Assembly: GCA_964016885.1 (NCBI GenBank)
Contig: OZ024743.1
Span: forward strand, 72,974,001 to 73,038,000
DNA from: Eledone cirrhosa
Lineage: Eukaryota
Direction of reading: 5' to 3'
Length of the DNA stretch: 64,000 bases
In this document: in pieces, positions 38,253-54,582 of the stretch
Numbering within the stretch: the first letter of the stretch is position 1
How the letters are laid out: each line of letters opens with the position of its first letter
The notes under the pieces: model-generated
The model's database searches: none
What the model saw: only the letters and a program-made list of their open reading frames with translations
Told to the model about the DNA's origin: nothing
Position numbers and translations under genes: made by a program

Positions 38253-40196
38253 ACTTTCTTTTTATTTGCCACCAGGGTATCAAAGAGTGGGACAAGTACA
38301 ATGGGGGGAGTTTACATAACAAGGCGTCCTCAATAAGGAGGAGGCAATAACAAAATATCAAAATATCAAAATATAAAATATAACAAAAATAAATTGAATA
38401 ACAAAATCCTCAATAGGGAGGAGGCGCATTGGGGGGTCGCACACACTCCCGAAAAAAGTGTGCAACCCTTCTCCTCAGGAACACAGAGAGAGGGTGCTCT
38501 CTTGATTTTTCATCTTCCTCACATACAGTCTGATGTAGAGTGAAGGCCCATTCACACGGGCCATTCTCGCCACTTTCACCCATCTTTCATGAAAACGGCT
38601 GGGGTGCAGCACCTCTCTCTCCATCCTGATCCTTCTTCCGAAATGATATCGGAAGAAACGGACCCGTTGTTGGCCAGAGAGAAAGGTGCCTGACCTCAGT
38701 CCTTTCAGACGCGTCCACCATACAACCTCTTTCACCATGGCTTTTACGCACAGAAACACCGCCTCTCCTTCGTTTTTGAAGAGGGGATGCGGCTTGAAGT
38801 TACAATAAACTCGGTGGTCAACCAGATCGGTCCCACCCGTGACAGCAGTCGTTCGACATAGCCCCACAGATCGGCAATGCCCGAGAAGTGTACCCATGCG
38901 TGTGCAACGGTTTTCTCGTCGCACACGCATCTGGGACAGATCTTTTTCGAGGGGTCCCTACCCGGGCGCCCGTGTCTGTAGAGCCTTTCTCGAACGGGCA
39001 GAGCCCCTCGGTAGCACTGCCAGGCCAGGGACCTCTGGAAGTTATCCATGGGTCCCGGGCTGAATGTCCTACCGAACAGGTTGGCCAGTTCGTCTTCCTC
39101 CATGTCTAGGGCTTCTCCGAGGTCGTCGTTGCACCTGCTAACCACCAGCCCTCTATAGAATGACGAGGTGGATTCTCCACTGACAGCCGGGTCCGCCTGC
39201 CAGAGAGCCATGAGCGCCTGGGCACACTCGGTGTGCCAGGCGCCCAGTTTTCTCGGTCTTTGTTTGACCCAGGATTGCAGCTCGGTGAGTGAGACGAGTC
39301 TGGGAAAGGCTCGCCTCACAAACGGGGCCCACACCAGTTGACCGGTGAGGAATACCTGGAGGTGTCGTAGCCTTAATGCGTGTTTAAGTATCATTAGCCA
39401 CGGCATCCTCGGCCCTCCTTTCGAAGGGTGCTGAAAGCAGATGGATCTCCTCACCATAGAAGCCCGCTTCTTCCAAAGGAATTGGAAGAGTGCGCGCTCC
39501 ATTTTGGCGAGCGTTTCCCTTGGGTAAGGCACAACGTTCAGCCGGTAGTAGATGACGGACGCTATATAAGTGTTCGCCACCTCCGCCCCACCTTTCAGGG
39601 ACAGTTTGCACTCGGCCCACTTCTGGGTCAGTGCAAACACCCTGTTCGTTACCTCACCCCAGTTCTTCTACACCTGGAGGTCTGGTCGGAACCAGACCCC
39701 GAGCAACTTCACCTGGTCCTACGTCTAGCGCCCGACGACGCCATCGGAGGGCATCGATCTGCCCCTCCACGTGCCGAGTTGCAGACCGAATGACTTGTCC
39801 CGGTTCAGCTTAGCCCCTGTAAACCTTTCGTACTCCTCCAGTAAGGTGTCGATCGCCCCGATTTCCGAGGCCGTCGACACCATTACTGTTACGTCGTCGG
39901 CGTAGGCCGACACCGCTTTCCGCAATCCCGGTTCCAATGGGATGCCCTGCAACAACTCCAAATTCCGCAGTAGTGGCTCTAGAGTCATTACATACAGGAG
40001 GGAGGAGAGAGGGCACCCTTGTCGGATGGACCGCGCGATTTCGAACGGCTCCGAGAGGTACCCGTGCACCTTGACCCTAGAGCAGATGCTGCTGCTGTGC
40101 ATGGCATTGTTCCAGCCCCTGAAAACGGGTCCGAAGCCTGCCGCCGCCAGCACCGCATCCAGGTAACCATGGTCGACCCTATCGAATGCCTTTGAT
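38253..40196 (-). mobile_element. Tx1/L1-clade LINE copy A, 5'-truncated within RT
   Basis: KAFDRVDH, IRQGCPLSSLLY, AYADDVT, LSLKG, FQFLWK, GALPVRERL, CPRC..E...H; (GATA)n on both sides. Confidence 0.88.
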
Positions 40197-40220
40197 AGAT
40201 AGATAGATAGATTACTTTAT

Positions 40221-43200
40221 TTGCCACAAGGGCTCACAAGAGAAGGGGACAATGAAAAGACATGCCGGGGATTTTACATACAGTCGTGTAAAAAATATAA
40301 AACAAACAATTATAACAATCGAAATCCCCAATAGGGGGGAAGCGCCACAAATGTGTTGTTTAATACCCCATCGATAGAACAACCCTCAACTTCAGGAGCG
40401 TGTTGTGCAAGTGCTCATTTCGTCATTTTGCTCTCTTCTTTAACCTACAGGCTTATAAACAGAGAATGCCCAAACACTCGGGCCATTTTCGCTTCATTCA
40501 CCCACCTTTCAGTAAATTTACTGGGGTGCAGTGCCTCTCTCTGATTCTCCTTCTAAAGTGATAATTAAAGAATGGAATCAATTGTTGCCCGGAGAGTAAG
40601 GCATCTGTCCTCAGTCCTCTGAATCTCGTCCACCATATAACCTCTTTCACCGTAGCCACTGTACAGAGGAAAACCGCTTCTCTTTCGTTTTTGAAAGAGG
40701 CTGGCGGTTTGAACCTTACTATGGACTCGGCAGTCAACTGGATTTGTCCCATACGCGGCAGCAGTTGTTCTGCATAGTTCCACAGGTCGGTTACGCCCGG
40801 GCAGTGAACAATAACGTGCAGGACAGTTTCAATGTCCTGCGCGCATCTTGGACACGTCCTCGTGGAAGGATCCCTGCCGGGGCGTCCGTGCCTGTAGATC
40901 TTGTCTCGAGCTGGTAGAGCTCCTTGGTAGCACTACCGACCAGGAACCTCTGGAAGTTGTCCATAGATCCCGGGCGGAAAGTCCTACCCAACAGACTGGT
41001 GAGCTCATCGTCTTCGACGCCCAGAGTCTCTCCGAACACGTCGTCGCTCTTGTAATGTTCAATCCCTCTATAGAATGTCGAAGTGGAGTCTCCACTGATT
41101 GCTGTGCCCGCTTGCAAGAGAACTGTGAGCGCCTGAGCGCATTCAATGTGCCAGGCGCCCATGGTTTTCGGTCTTTTCTTGACCCAAGACTGCATCTATG
41201 TTAGCGAGACGAGTTGCGGGAAGCCTGTCTCACAAAAGGTGCCAACTTCGGTTGGGGGTCGGTGAGGAATACCTGGAGATGCCGCAGCCTCAGCGCATGT
41301 TTGCGCATCATCAGCCACGGCATTCCCAACCCTTCGTTGGAAGGGTGCTGACAGCAGACGGATCTCCTCACCAGCGGAGCCTGCTTCTTCCACAGAGACT
41401 GGAAGAGCATGCGTTCACGAGAGCGTTTCGTATTCTTTCAGTAAGTTGCCGATCACCCCGATTTCCGAGGTGCTCGACACCATTACCGTCACGTCGTCTG
41501 TACAAGCCAACGCCGCTTTGCGCAGTCCCGGTTCTAGAGGGATGCCCTGCAACAGCTCCAGCAACAGCAGTAGTGGCTCAAGAATCAATACATATAGAAT
41601 GGAGGAGAGAGGGCATCCCTATCGCGTGATTGCGAACGGCTCCGATAGGTAGCCGTTCACCTTGACCCTCGAGCAGATGCTGGTGTGCATCGCCTCGATC
41701 CAGCCTCTGAAAACGGAACCGAAACCAGCCGACTTGAGAACCGCTTCCAAGTATCGATGGTCGACACTATCGAATGCCTTAGACAGATCCAAATTGATCA
41801 GAGCCCCACCGAAACCGGGTTTACTGCCCAACCTCACTATGATGTATCGCATGAGGTGGAGGTTGTCGTGTATGCACACATTTGAGCTTTCCCTAACAGG
41901 CTCTCGACAACAAGCGCCACCTCGTCGCGAGCACCTTGGCCAAAATCTTTAAATCTGTGCAGAATTATGAGCCTGAAGTTGTTAATTTCGTCCCTCTTTT
42001 TCTCGTCTTTCCTGATCAGCGTTACTGCGCCCTTGCCTGCAGAACTGGGAATTCTCCCGTTCTGATGCCAATTGCAGTAGACGGCCTCGAGGACGCCAGA
42101 GAACAAGTTCGACATGCCTATGTAAAATTCATAGTGTCGACCATCTGCACCAGGTGATTTGCGTTTCCCGCAGCGGCGCAGAGCGTCCCGTATCTCAGTG
42201 TCCGTGATCGGTCTTTCGCAGAACTCGGCGTCCGTGTTCGAGAGACGCGGCAAACCGTCGAGGTATGAAATAAAGTCCATTGTACCGTTCGGCTCACTGT
42301 CGTTCTGCTCAAACATTCACGCAAAGTGCCGCTGAAAGGGCGCGCACATTCGCTTGGGGTCAAGTAGCACGCGTCCGTTTTGGTCTTTCAAAGACCGAAT
42401 CGTGGACTTGTTGCCACTTTTTGCCTCCGCCACTCGGGCACAGCTAACAGCTTTCGGTCCTTTGTTTCCTAGAACACGTGTTTTGCTTCTAACCACGCAG
42501 CCTTCGTGTTTCGCTTCGAAGAACTTGTCTAGTGCCGTTCTCGACGCTAACACTCTAGCCGCGTTGCCACTTCTAAGTGCCTCCTCTACCTTGGCTACTA
42601 GTTCTCTTTCTATTTTGTTTTTCTCTAAGGCTAACTCTCTGCTAAACTCTATCGATTCTACTCTAATTGCTTTCTTGAGAGAGTACCACGATCTATTGTT
42701 GACGATGGCTCCCGTTAACTGTTGCTTAACTAGTCTACTTATCCGTTTACTGTATCTTTACGTGCCGGCAACGACACGTTCAGCTTCCAGTATTCGGGTC
42801 CCTGTCTATGTATTCTATCACGGTTGACTAAGCAGATGTCTAATTTGTGATCTGAGCATGCAACCATGTGCATTCGTGAACAGCTTAACATCTACTTTTC
42901 CCTTTCTCTAATGAAGAACCTATCTAAATACGATCTAGATGTCCCGCTGCGGTTTCCCCACGTGCAATGTGGTGCATTCGGGAATCCAGTCGATACCTAT
43001 CGGCCAGTTGGAATTGGCCGATTAAATGTTTGAGGCTGTTGCACCACCCACTACTGGGACATGCTCACACATAGTCCCATCGTGCATCTAGGATACCATT
43101 CCAGTCCCCCACTAAAAGTAAGGAGCGAGATGTTCCCAGAAAAGAATCTAGAGGCTTAAAGAAGCCTGGCCGTGATTGCGATTGCCCGGTCGGGGCATAA

Positions 43201-45500
43201 ACGGCCACCAGTCTGAAGGCTCCACCTCTAGTACTGTTCACGTCTAGGACTACCAGTCTACCCTCTGGGTCCAAGTGTACTTGCTGCACTTCGACGTCCA
43301 GGTTCTTCCGAAACATGACATCCAGTCCCCCTCCACCTCCTGGCTGACAGAGAGATGCGTAGATCTCAAAGTCGTCGAAGATGGGGGTTAGTTGCTGCCT
43401 GTTGTGGATCCTGGACTCGGTGATGGCTATCACATCGATACTGTGTGACCTAAGGTCATTTAAAAGTTGGCCCTGTGTTCAGGGCATCCCTAGGCCACGC
43501 ACATTCATGTTTCCAACTCGTAAACTAGCCATGTTGGTGAAGAAGTGTTGGAGAAAAAGAACTAAAAGCTGCACTTACCTTTCCGTTTCCTGGAGATGTG
43601 GTTGTTCAATCTCCATTTGGGTGCTGGAGGGGTGTTGGGTGGGGTAGGGAAACATTTTAACACGCGCGGTTTATGGGTTTCTGGCAGGGGTTGCCCACGT
43701 CTGCGAAAATTCATTTTTCAGGTCACTATATGTCTCCATAGAAACCCTTATAAGTTTAAGGTTTAGAGACGATTCTGCTTTAACGAAAGTTTTGCCCTCC
43801 GTCTCGACCTTGGGGTTTTGGGAGATGACCTCCATGAAACTCTTGTTGTTTTTTCTTGATGTATGCGTATTGTTGTTTGTGTTTTAGGTGTGTTGTTTTA
43901 GGGAGATTCCTTTTTATGGTGGGTACTTTTTATGGTGAGTGCTTTTGTTTGATGTGGTGTTGGTGTTGGTTTTGCTGGTAGGGGTATGTTTGACTGTGGT
44001 GTTGCTTGTGTTGTTGTTTGTGTCTGTGGTTGTGTGTTGGTGTTGGTGATTGGAGTTTTGGGGGTTTTGTGGTGTCTCTTTTTTTGTCTTTTAGATTTCC
44101 GAGGCTCTCCTTCTTCACTTAAAGAAGGGGAAGCAGCCTCATCTGTTAATGAATAATCATCGTCAGGAGTGTGGGGTAGGGGTATGTTGTGTGGTGGTGG
44201 TGTTTCCGTGTCTGTGTTTGTGGTAGAGTTTGATGGAGTGCGATGGGGTGGGGCTGTGTTCTTCAGGGGTGTTGTCTGTGTTTTTTCTGTTGTTGGTTGG
44301 GTGACTGTTTGTTTTGGTGTGTTTGCTTTTTTCGTGAGTTGTTGCTGTTGTGGTGGTGGTTGTTTTGGTGTTGGTGTTGGTAACAGTGCTTTCTTTTGTA
44401 TTGTTTTGGTTCATCGTGTTTGTAAAGGACAGGAAGCCTTTGGGTGTATTGTGCTACCACAGTGAATGCAATGAAATTTACGCCTCTCCACCGAAATGTT
44501 TATTTTGTAGTTGTCGTCGATGACGACTTTTTGGACTATTTTGGAGATTTTCTCCGGCCTCATCTGCATCAGAATCTCCAAACCAGTACCCGCCCACCTT
44601 TGTCTAATAGACTTTCGTATCGAAGGAATGGCATCAGTCTCTGCCTCCACGAAGCCAGACAAGATCCACCAGATGTTAATGTTTGGTGGTATATTTTTTT
44701 TCTTTATTTTTTGTGTCTTTTTCCCATGTATGTAGGGAAAAAGGTGAATGCTTTTGACACCATTGGTGTCACAGAATGTTTTGAAGAAAGTCAATATTTT
44801 CTAGAGTCTCCTTCAAGGTGGCTTCTATGTCTCCCTGACTCACAAATATTGGCTTTCTCGTTGTGTTTGAGACAGTCCTGAAGGTCACTGTTCTTCGAAC
44901 CGTCTCTTCTTTTATTTCGAGGGATGAGTTGATCCTAAACCCACCCTTGTCTTCGAAAGTTACACAATGTTTTCCTTGTTGGAGAATATATTTTGCATTG
45001 GAGATGTCAAGATTTATAAAATCTTGTTTTTTGTTCACTGTTTCAGCGAAAGACATGTTTGTGGTGTTGCTGTTGTTGTTGTTGTTGTTTTTGTTGTTGT
45101 TGTTGTCAGCTACGGTGTTGGAAATCGCAATTTCTTGATGAGGTGAAACCTAATGTGTAGATGTATCTATGGAGTTGTTGTTGTCTTTTTCATGTGTATG
45201 TATATTAATAGATTTAATTCCTGTGTTTTCCTGTGTATTATTTTTCTCCGCTTCGACGGTAGAAATTTTAAAATCTTCAAGTGGTAATATTATGTTTTTC
45301 TCTTTGTTGACAGTCGTATCCATGGCGACGTCTATAACGTTAATATCTGCCTTACTACCTCTCTTCTCTCTCTCTTAACGTTCTCCAGCGTTCTTTCATG
45401 TTTTATAGTTGGCAAAATTTGATTTTTTAAAACAATTTTAAAATTAAATTTTCGAAAAATAGGATTACCACCCACCTGACAATTCAGCTTGGGGGTTAAT
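40221..45500 (-). mobile_element. Tx1/L1-clade LINE copy B, near full length (ORF1 with CCHC, APE endonuclease, RT), decayed with internal deletion
   Basis: ORF1 CIHCGSTIHPKASC; ORF2 from ATG ~43532: NVRGL, AITESRI, AVYAP, GDWN, KSPGADG, DLSKAFDSVDH. 3' end GTGGCAAATAAAG followed by (TATC)n. Confidence 0.88.
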
Positions 45501-45587
45501 CTACAAAATGATACGTTTTTTCAAACAATTTGTTCAGTTTTTTATATAGAAATTTACAAAAAAGCTTACCGGCGAAATTCCACACGT

Positions 45588-45588
45588 C

Positions 45589-45682
<94 letters not shown>

Positions 45683-45695
45683 AGAGAGAGAGATA
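45588..45695. repeat. (GATA)n/(GA)n microsatellite
   Basis: Read directly from the sequence. Confidence 0.95.
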
Positions 45696-46009
45696 AGACC
45701 AGATACAACAAGAATAAAGATTCACTAACAGATAAATATATACAGAAAATGAATAATGAATTATATTGTTATTTTCAATGAAAAATAATTGTTTCAATTA
45801 TCATACTATATATTGTTAAAAGTTTGGCTTTTCAAATCAATAGGGTTTTAGTTTGCTAAAACTATTAACTGTTAGGCCACTGGAGAATACCATGACAAAA
45901 TTATATATACATTTACGTGTGTGGAGGATGGGGAGGCTGCAGCATGGTTGTAGTGTTTATATGTAGGTATATGTGTATGCATAAATACGCATATGTATAT
46001 ATATATGCG

Positions 46010-46072
<63 letters not shown>

Positions 46073-46229
46073 AGGTTAATATCATATTTTTCTTTCTTAA
46101 TATATTGCATTGTTTTGTCACGTTTTCGCGTGTAATTTGTAAAGTAACACGCCAGATAGTGTTGCATCACTATCTGAAATATTGGGTTCATCTATTAATC
46201 GCTTAGTCATACAAGAGTAAATATGAGAC

Positions 46230-46700
46230 AAATAATGGCTTTATACAATATTGTCTACATAACCTTTAAAAACATTAAGTTTTACAATAGGGTTCTTCAG
46301 TTCAGTGACTCGTCAATGATAGTTGATATTAGTTCGAATATTTTATTATTTTATAATGTCAAAGCATTACAAAGCTTATTAGAGCAACATTCTGTTGTGT
46401 TCGATGTACCTCCGTCTTCCTGTTGATCAAAACTAAATATCTGCTCATGAAATTATAGTCTAGGTGGCTGAGCATTCTATCGAAACAAGTACAATTAGGG
46501 TAATTTGACAAGCTCTGAAATATACTCATAAGGCATGGGACGAATCGAGATTATAGATTATGACCCTTGCCAATTATGTAACGCAGTGAGATCGAAACAA
46601 ATTCTTTAACAATTCCGTCATGTTACGTCGAATCTGTTGTATTATGTAACTCAGGAAGCCCAATAAAAGAGAATAACTGGTGTCCCTCCACACGTTTTGC
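46230..46700 (+). pseudogene. FN3-like remnants
   Basis: DVPPSS..ISAHEIIV*-W (~46400-46470); YYVTQEAQ*KRITGVPP (~46640-46690). Confidence 0.3.
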
Positions 46701-47029
46701 GCCTCAAAGAATACTTCACCAGGATTATTCGACCATTTTATGTTATTGTATTAAATATGGCAGTTTTTACCATAATGCCAATCAAATCACCATATTTGCT
46801 CAATTTCATCGTATAATCGGTTTGAATTAAGGCTAAATATTGATACTTGTTACTCTGTAGTTTCGCATTTTTCTCACAGGGTCATCAAGAACATTTTGTC
46901 TGGTGATCCGATGTTAAACAGGCGAATCTCCAGGGGAACAAGTCTCACAATTTGGCCTTAGTAACATGCATATTAAAACGCTACTTCGGTATCAAGTTTA
47001 CTTTCATCTCGGCCATCAACTACATACGG

Positions 47030-47112
<83 letters not shown>

Positions 47113-47997
47113 CGTGTGTGTGTGTGTGTTTATGTGTGTGTGTGTCTGTGTATGTGTGTCTGTGTGTGTGTCTGTGTGTGTGTGAGTGTGTGTGTTCCGG
47201 GTTCAATCTGGGGTAACCACAGAAAGTAAGGTACTCAATACATAGTACCTTACTATATTTAATATAGGAATGTCTTCAACATTACTAGAGCTGTTTCACT
47301 CGAAAGAAATCACCAGGAAAACTTTTTAGATATATATTATATATATATATATAATATGATATATAGAAATAAACACACAAAGAAGTGTGTTTTAAATTAC
47401 ATGGGGTGAAAACCACTTCGGTGCAATGCATATAATCTACGAACAAACGGGAAATACATAATAACCGGAAAAAATTAACTAAAATGTACTAACCATTTCA
47501 ATAACTATTAAACTCCTGGATAAAAAGCAGATAGAGTTTGTTTCGCCAAAAACTAGTGGCTGTGTCAGATAATCCTTCGGCTTCTCAACAGGAGTAAGGG
47601 TTATATGAACAGCACCTCGAGAGATAAGCTAAGTAACTAAATATCGCACATGGTGTATATAGTAAGAGAACAAGTAACTCCTCGTGCGACAGACAGCACA
47701 TAGTGGCATGAGGGATCGTAAAACTGCTATACATTAACAAGAACGGTGAAGTTTCATTTCATGTAATTAGATGTTTATTGTGTAGAAACCAGTTTAAGCG
47801 CGTTTCGCAAAGGATTGGTTCATGTCACCCCCTTAGATGTTATCGACACATCTCCGTTTTCGATCTGCTCTTCGGATTGGTTATGCGATAATATATATAT
47901 ATATATATATAGGTGTGTGTGATTGTGTGTGTGAGGGAGTGTGCGTGCTTATATATCTATATATGTGTGCGTTTATGAATATATATATATATGAATA

Positions 47998-48452
47998 AAT
48001 ATATATTTCGTTTCTGAATTTGTTTAGCAAGATTCTTTATCTGAAATTGTGTGTTGAAACCGATATTGTTATACTTTGGGAGGGTCATGTTGCCAATAAG
48101 AAACACACGCACCAGTTGCTTTCACTTCAATTTATTATATATTTATAAATTTATAAATTTACAAATTTACAAACTTATAAATTTCTGGTTGGTTGGTTGG
48201 TTCCACAACCAGATAGTTGTTTATATATAGTCATAGTCCTTTTGTCACACACTATGTGACCTCTTCAGAGTGTGTGACAAAAGGACTATGACTATATATA
48301 AACAACTATCTGGTTGTGGAACCAACCAACCAACCAGAAATGTATAAGTTTGTAAATTTGTAAATTTATAAATATATAATAAATTGAAGTGAAAGCAACT
48401 GGTGCGTGTGTTTCTTATTGGCAACATGACCCTCCCAAAGTATAACAATATA
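47998..48452. mobile_element. solo palindromic Naiad pLTR derivative
   Basis: Left arm matches 23620-23823 plus the reverse complement of 27907-27970; right arm matches 27721-27905. The turn lies in the HHR, and both arms have GAAA changed to AAAA. Confidence 0.88.
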
Positions 48453-48461
48453 TATATACAT

Positions 48462-49634
<1,173 letters not shown>

Positions 49635-49659
49635 TATATATATACATATATATATATAC

Positions 49660-49695
<36 letters not shown>

Positions 49696-49704
49696 GCACA
49701 CACG

Positions 49705-49754
<50 letters not shown>

Positions 49755-50036
49755 TGTAATTGTAGCACAGTGGTCTGGATAACCAAATATGTGGGTTCGA
49801 CTCCCATGCACGTCAATACTCATCTTTTTCCATTTATCTGAGGGTTATAAACCCCATTATCAGGTTTAAATTTCTTTAGTCAGCAATACGGTGAAAGCTA
49901 TTCTATTTTATAATTTCAAACCTGCTCACTGTTTCAAAACATACTTACATATATATATATATATATATAGTTATATATATAACTATATATAGCTATATAT
50001 ATAGTTATATATATATATATATATACACACACACAT

Positions 50037-50070
<34 letters not shown>

Positions 50071-50077
50071 ATATACA

Positions 50078-50120
<43 letters not shown>

Positions 50121-50683
50121 TATATATATATACAGTATATATATATATATATATATATATACATAACATGTGCTACATAGACAGGAGGAATCACATCTAC
50201 GAATAACCGAGTATATAATTTTCACTATAATCACGCCATGAATGAGACGCCTGAAAATGCGCAAACCTATTCAGAATTTTATTATTTCATTTATTTTTCA
50301 CTGTAAGTTAATCAAAATAATTATTTGATAAATAAGTGATATTATTTATCATGTGTGCCTTAATTTTAAAATAAATTCAATTGATTGCCAGCAATATGCG
50401 TTTCAGTCACGCCATAAAAATAGAACACATAAATTTGATTACAGGATACTTTTCAGTAGTAAAATAGATTGTAAGCTCTCTGAGATACCTAAATGTAATT
50501 AAGAGAAAGTGGATTAGAATTAACAAAAATATGAAAAAATATAGATGATGATACATTATAAATGCAAAGAAAGCGTTGATGAATGTTTCTTAAAAGCAAT
50601 ATATATATATATATATATAATATATAAATAAATATATTTATATATGATATATATATATATATATATGTCTGTGTGTGTTCGTG

Positions 50684-50715
<32 letters not shown>

Positions 50716-50904
50716 CATAGAGAGAAAGTGTGTCAGACAGACATACAAATTACAGACCAGACTAAGATATGGTGACATAAATATTTGTATATTTAGCTAA
50801 TTCAATTAGGAAAGGTAGAAGACTTCTTGATGGCACATATAAGAGCGGATAAAAAAACGGTTGACAGGTACATTTATGGAAGGGCGAGACGATATATATA
50901 TATA

Positions 50905-51090
50905 ATAATTGTTTCTACTTTAGGCACAAGACCAACAATTATCAGTGCATCACTGGTACTTTATTTTATCGACCCCGTAAGGATCAAAGGCAAAGTCAAC
51001 CTCGGCAGGATTTGAACTCAGATCGTAAAGGGACGGAACTATGCTGGAAAGCATGGCCTCCGACCCTCTACCGATACTGCCAATCCAGCG
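50905..51090 (-). mobile_element. SINE family A
   Basis: Matches the family consensus. Confidence 0.85.
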
Positions 51091-51146
51091 CCGTTTATAT
51101 ATATACGATAGAAAAAGATATATACACACACACACACACACACACG

Positions 51147-51395
<249 letters not shown>

Positions 51396-51464
51396 CTATC
51401 GTATATATATAGTATATTAGGGAGAGGATCAGGGGTGTATAACACTCCACTTATCCAACACAAC

Positions 51465-51522
51465 CTTTATGCTCTGATGAGTCCCACTTATAGTGCGGAT
51501 GAAACAATGTTAGCAAGTAAAG
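51465..51522 (+). ncRNA. type I hammerhead ribozyme (orphan family)
   Basis: CTTTA-TGCT-CTGATGA-GTCCCAC-TTATA-GTG(C)GGAT-GAAA-CAATG-TT-AGCA-AG-TAAAG. Confidence 0.75.
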
Positions 51523-51555
51523 ATATGCATATGCCATAGGCGTTCTTTGTTATTG

Positions 51556-51594
<39 letters not shown>

Positions 51595-51599
<5 letters not shown>

Positions 51600-51762
51600 T
51601 CCTATCTAAACTATTCCATGAGTTGCTCCTGTATAATGGGCACATTCCTTTCATGTCCATTTCTATGGGGGTCTTAGATTTCTCCGTGTCTTCTTTGTAT
51701 ACTCTGATTCTGTCTCTTTGGTTGTAGCCAGAGAACTGTATACGATTGATGAAGTGTTGGCT

Positions 51763-51803
<41 letters not shown>

Positions 51804-52015
51804 ATATATAAACAAGATGCTGCGGGACACACAAAAGAATAACCCAGTCACTGACTGGGTCACAAAATGTGTGACGAAAACGATTTGTCAATATATAAAC
51901 AACTATTTGCTTATCGAACAAAACAACCAAACGGATATTTATAATAAATTGAAGTGAAACCAACACGTGCACGTGTTTTTATTGGCAGCATTACCCTCCC
52001 AAAATATAACAATAC
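51595..52015. mobile_element. Naiad fragments: RT piece (51595-51765, minus) and degenerate pLTR (51815-52015, plus)
   Basis: QFSGYNQRDRIRVY..CPLYRS nearly identical to 53618-53785; AGTCA-CTGACTG-GGTCACA..TGTGAC-GAAA and terminal ACCCTCCCAAAATATAACAATA. Confidence 0.75.
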
Positions 52016-52194
52016 ATATGTTTGTATATATATATATTAGGAAGTAAGAGCTTTGTAAAATGTCCAGCATGGGTAAAAATATAAGGAAAATAAATTGAAA
52101 AACTGGAGTCTTTTAAGAATATTGATTTGTCGGTTTCACAGTACTTATGATTTTCAAAAGTAAAATTGAGAAGGAATATCTCTATTTTTTGTTG

Positions 52195-53930
<1,736 letters not shown>

Positions 53931-53968
53931 TATATATATATATTTATTTATCTATTTATTAAAATAAC

Positions 53969-54041
53969 AGATTAAAGTTTAAGGAAATAATCGCTGCTTT
54001 CATCCTTAAAGGGATCTTCTGAAACTAAAAAAAATCAATCT
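53969..54041 (-). ncRNA. hammerhead-like motif, CAGAAGA family, copy 2
   Basis: Reverse complement: AGTTT-CAGAAGA-TCCCTTTAAGGAT-GAAA-GCAGCGATTATTTCC-TT-AAACT. Confidence 0.4.
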
Positions 54042-54398
54042 GTGGACACAGAAATAAATATTTACAACCGAAGGAAAACAGGAAGACGATACTTTGGTTC
54101 GTGAAGACGTTCCCTGGTAATCAACGGAAAAAAACGAGGATAATTACGTGCGTGATTTGGAGCGACGAGAACAATTTCTTGCAAAGACAAAACCACATTT
54201 ATGGTATAAAAGGAGTCGTTAGACTAATATTCTATTTAGAATAACCGAAAGATTTCCATCACAGGAGGTTAAGAGTAATGTAAATAAAATTGTTAAACGA
54301 AAATGACAGAGGTTATTAAAATAGTAAAAGTAAATAATAGTTACTGCATAAGTACGCGCAGACATATACCTATACATACGCACACACAAATATGCACT

Positions 54399-54525
<127 letters not shown>

Positions 54526-54582
54526 CGGCGATGAATTAGTTTTGCGAGGTTTTTTATATGAATCCATGATGTATGTATCCGT

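Noticed and set aside
47280-47830. Several GAAA-N4-based HHR-half-like snippets on the minus strand
   Set aside because: No intact CUGANGA core or helix I; too degenerate to call.
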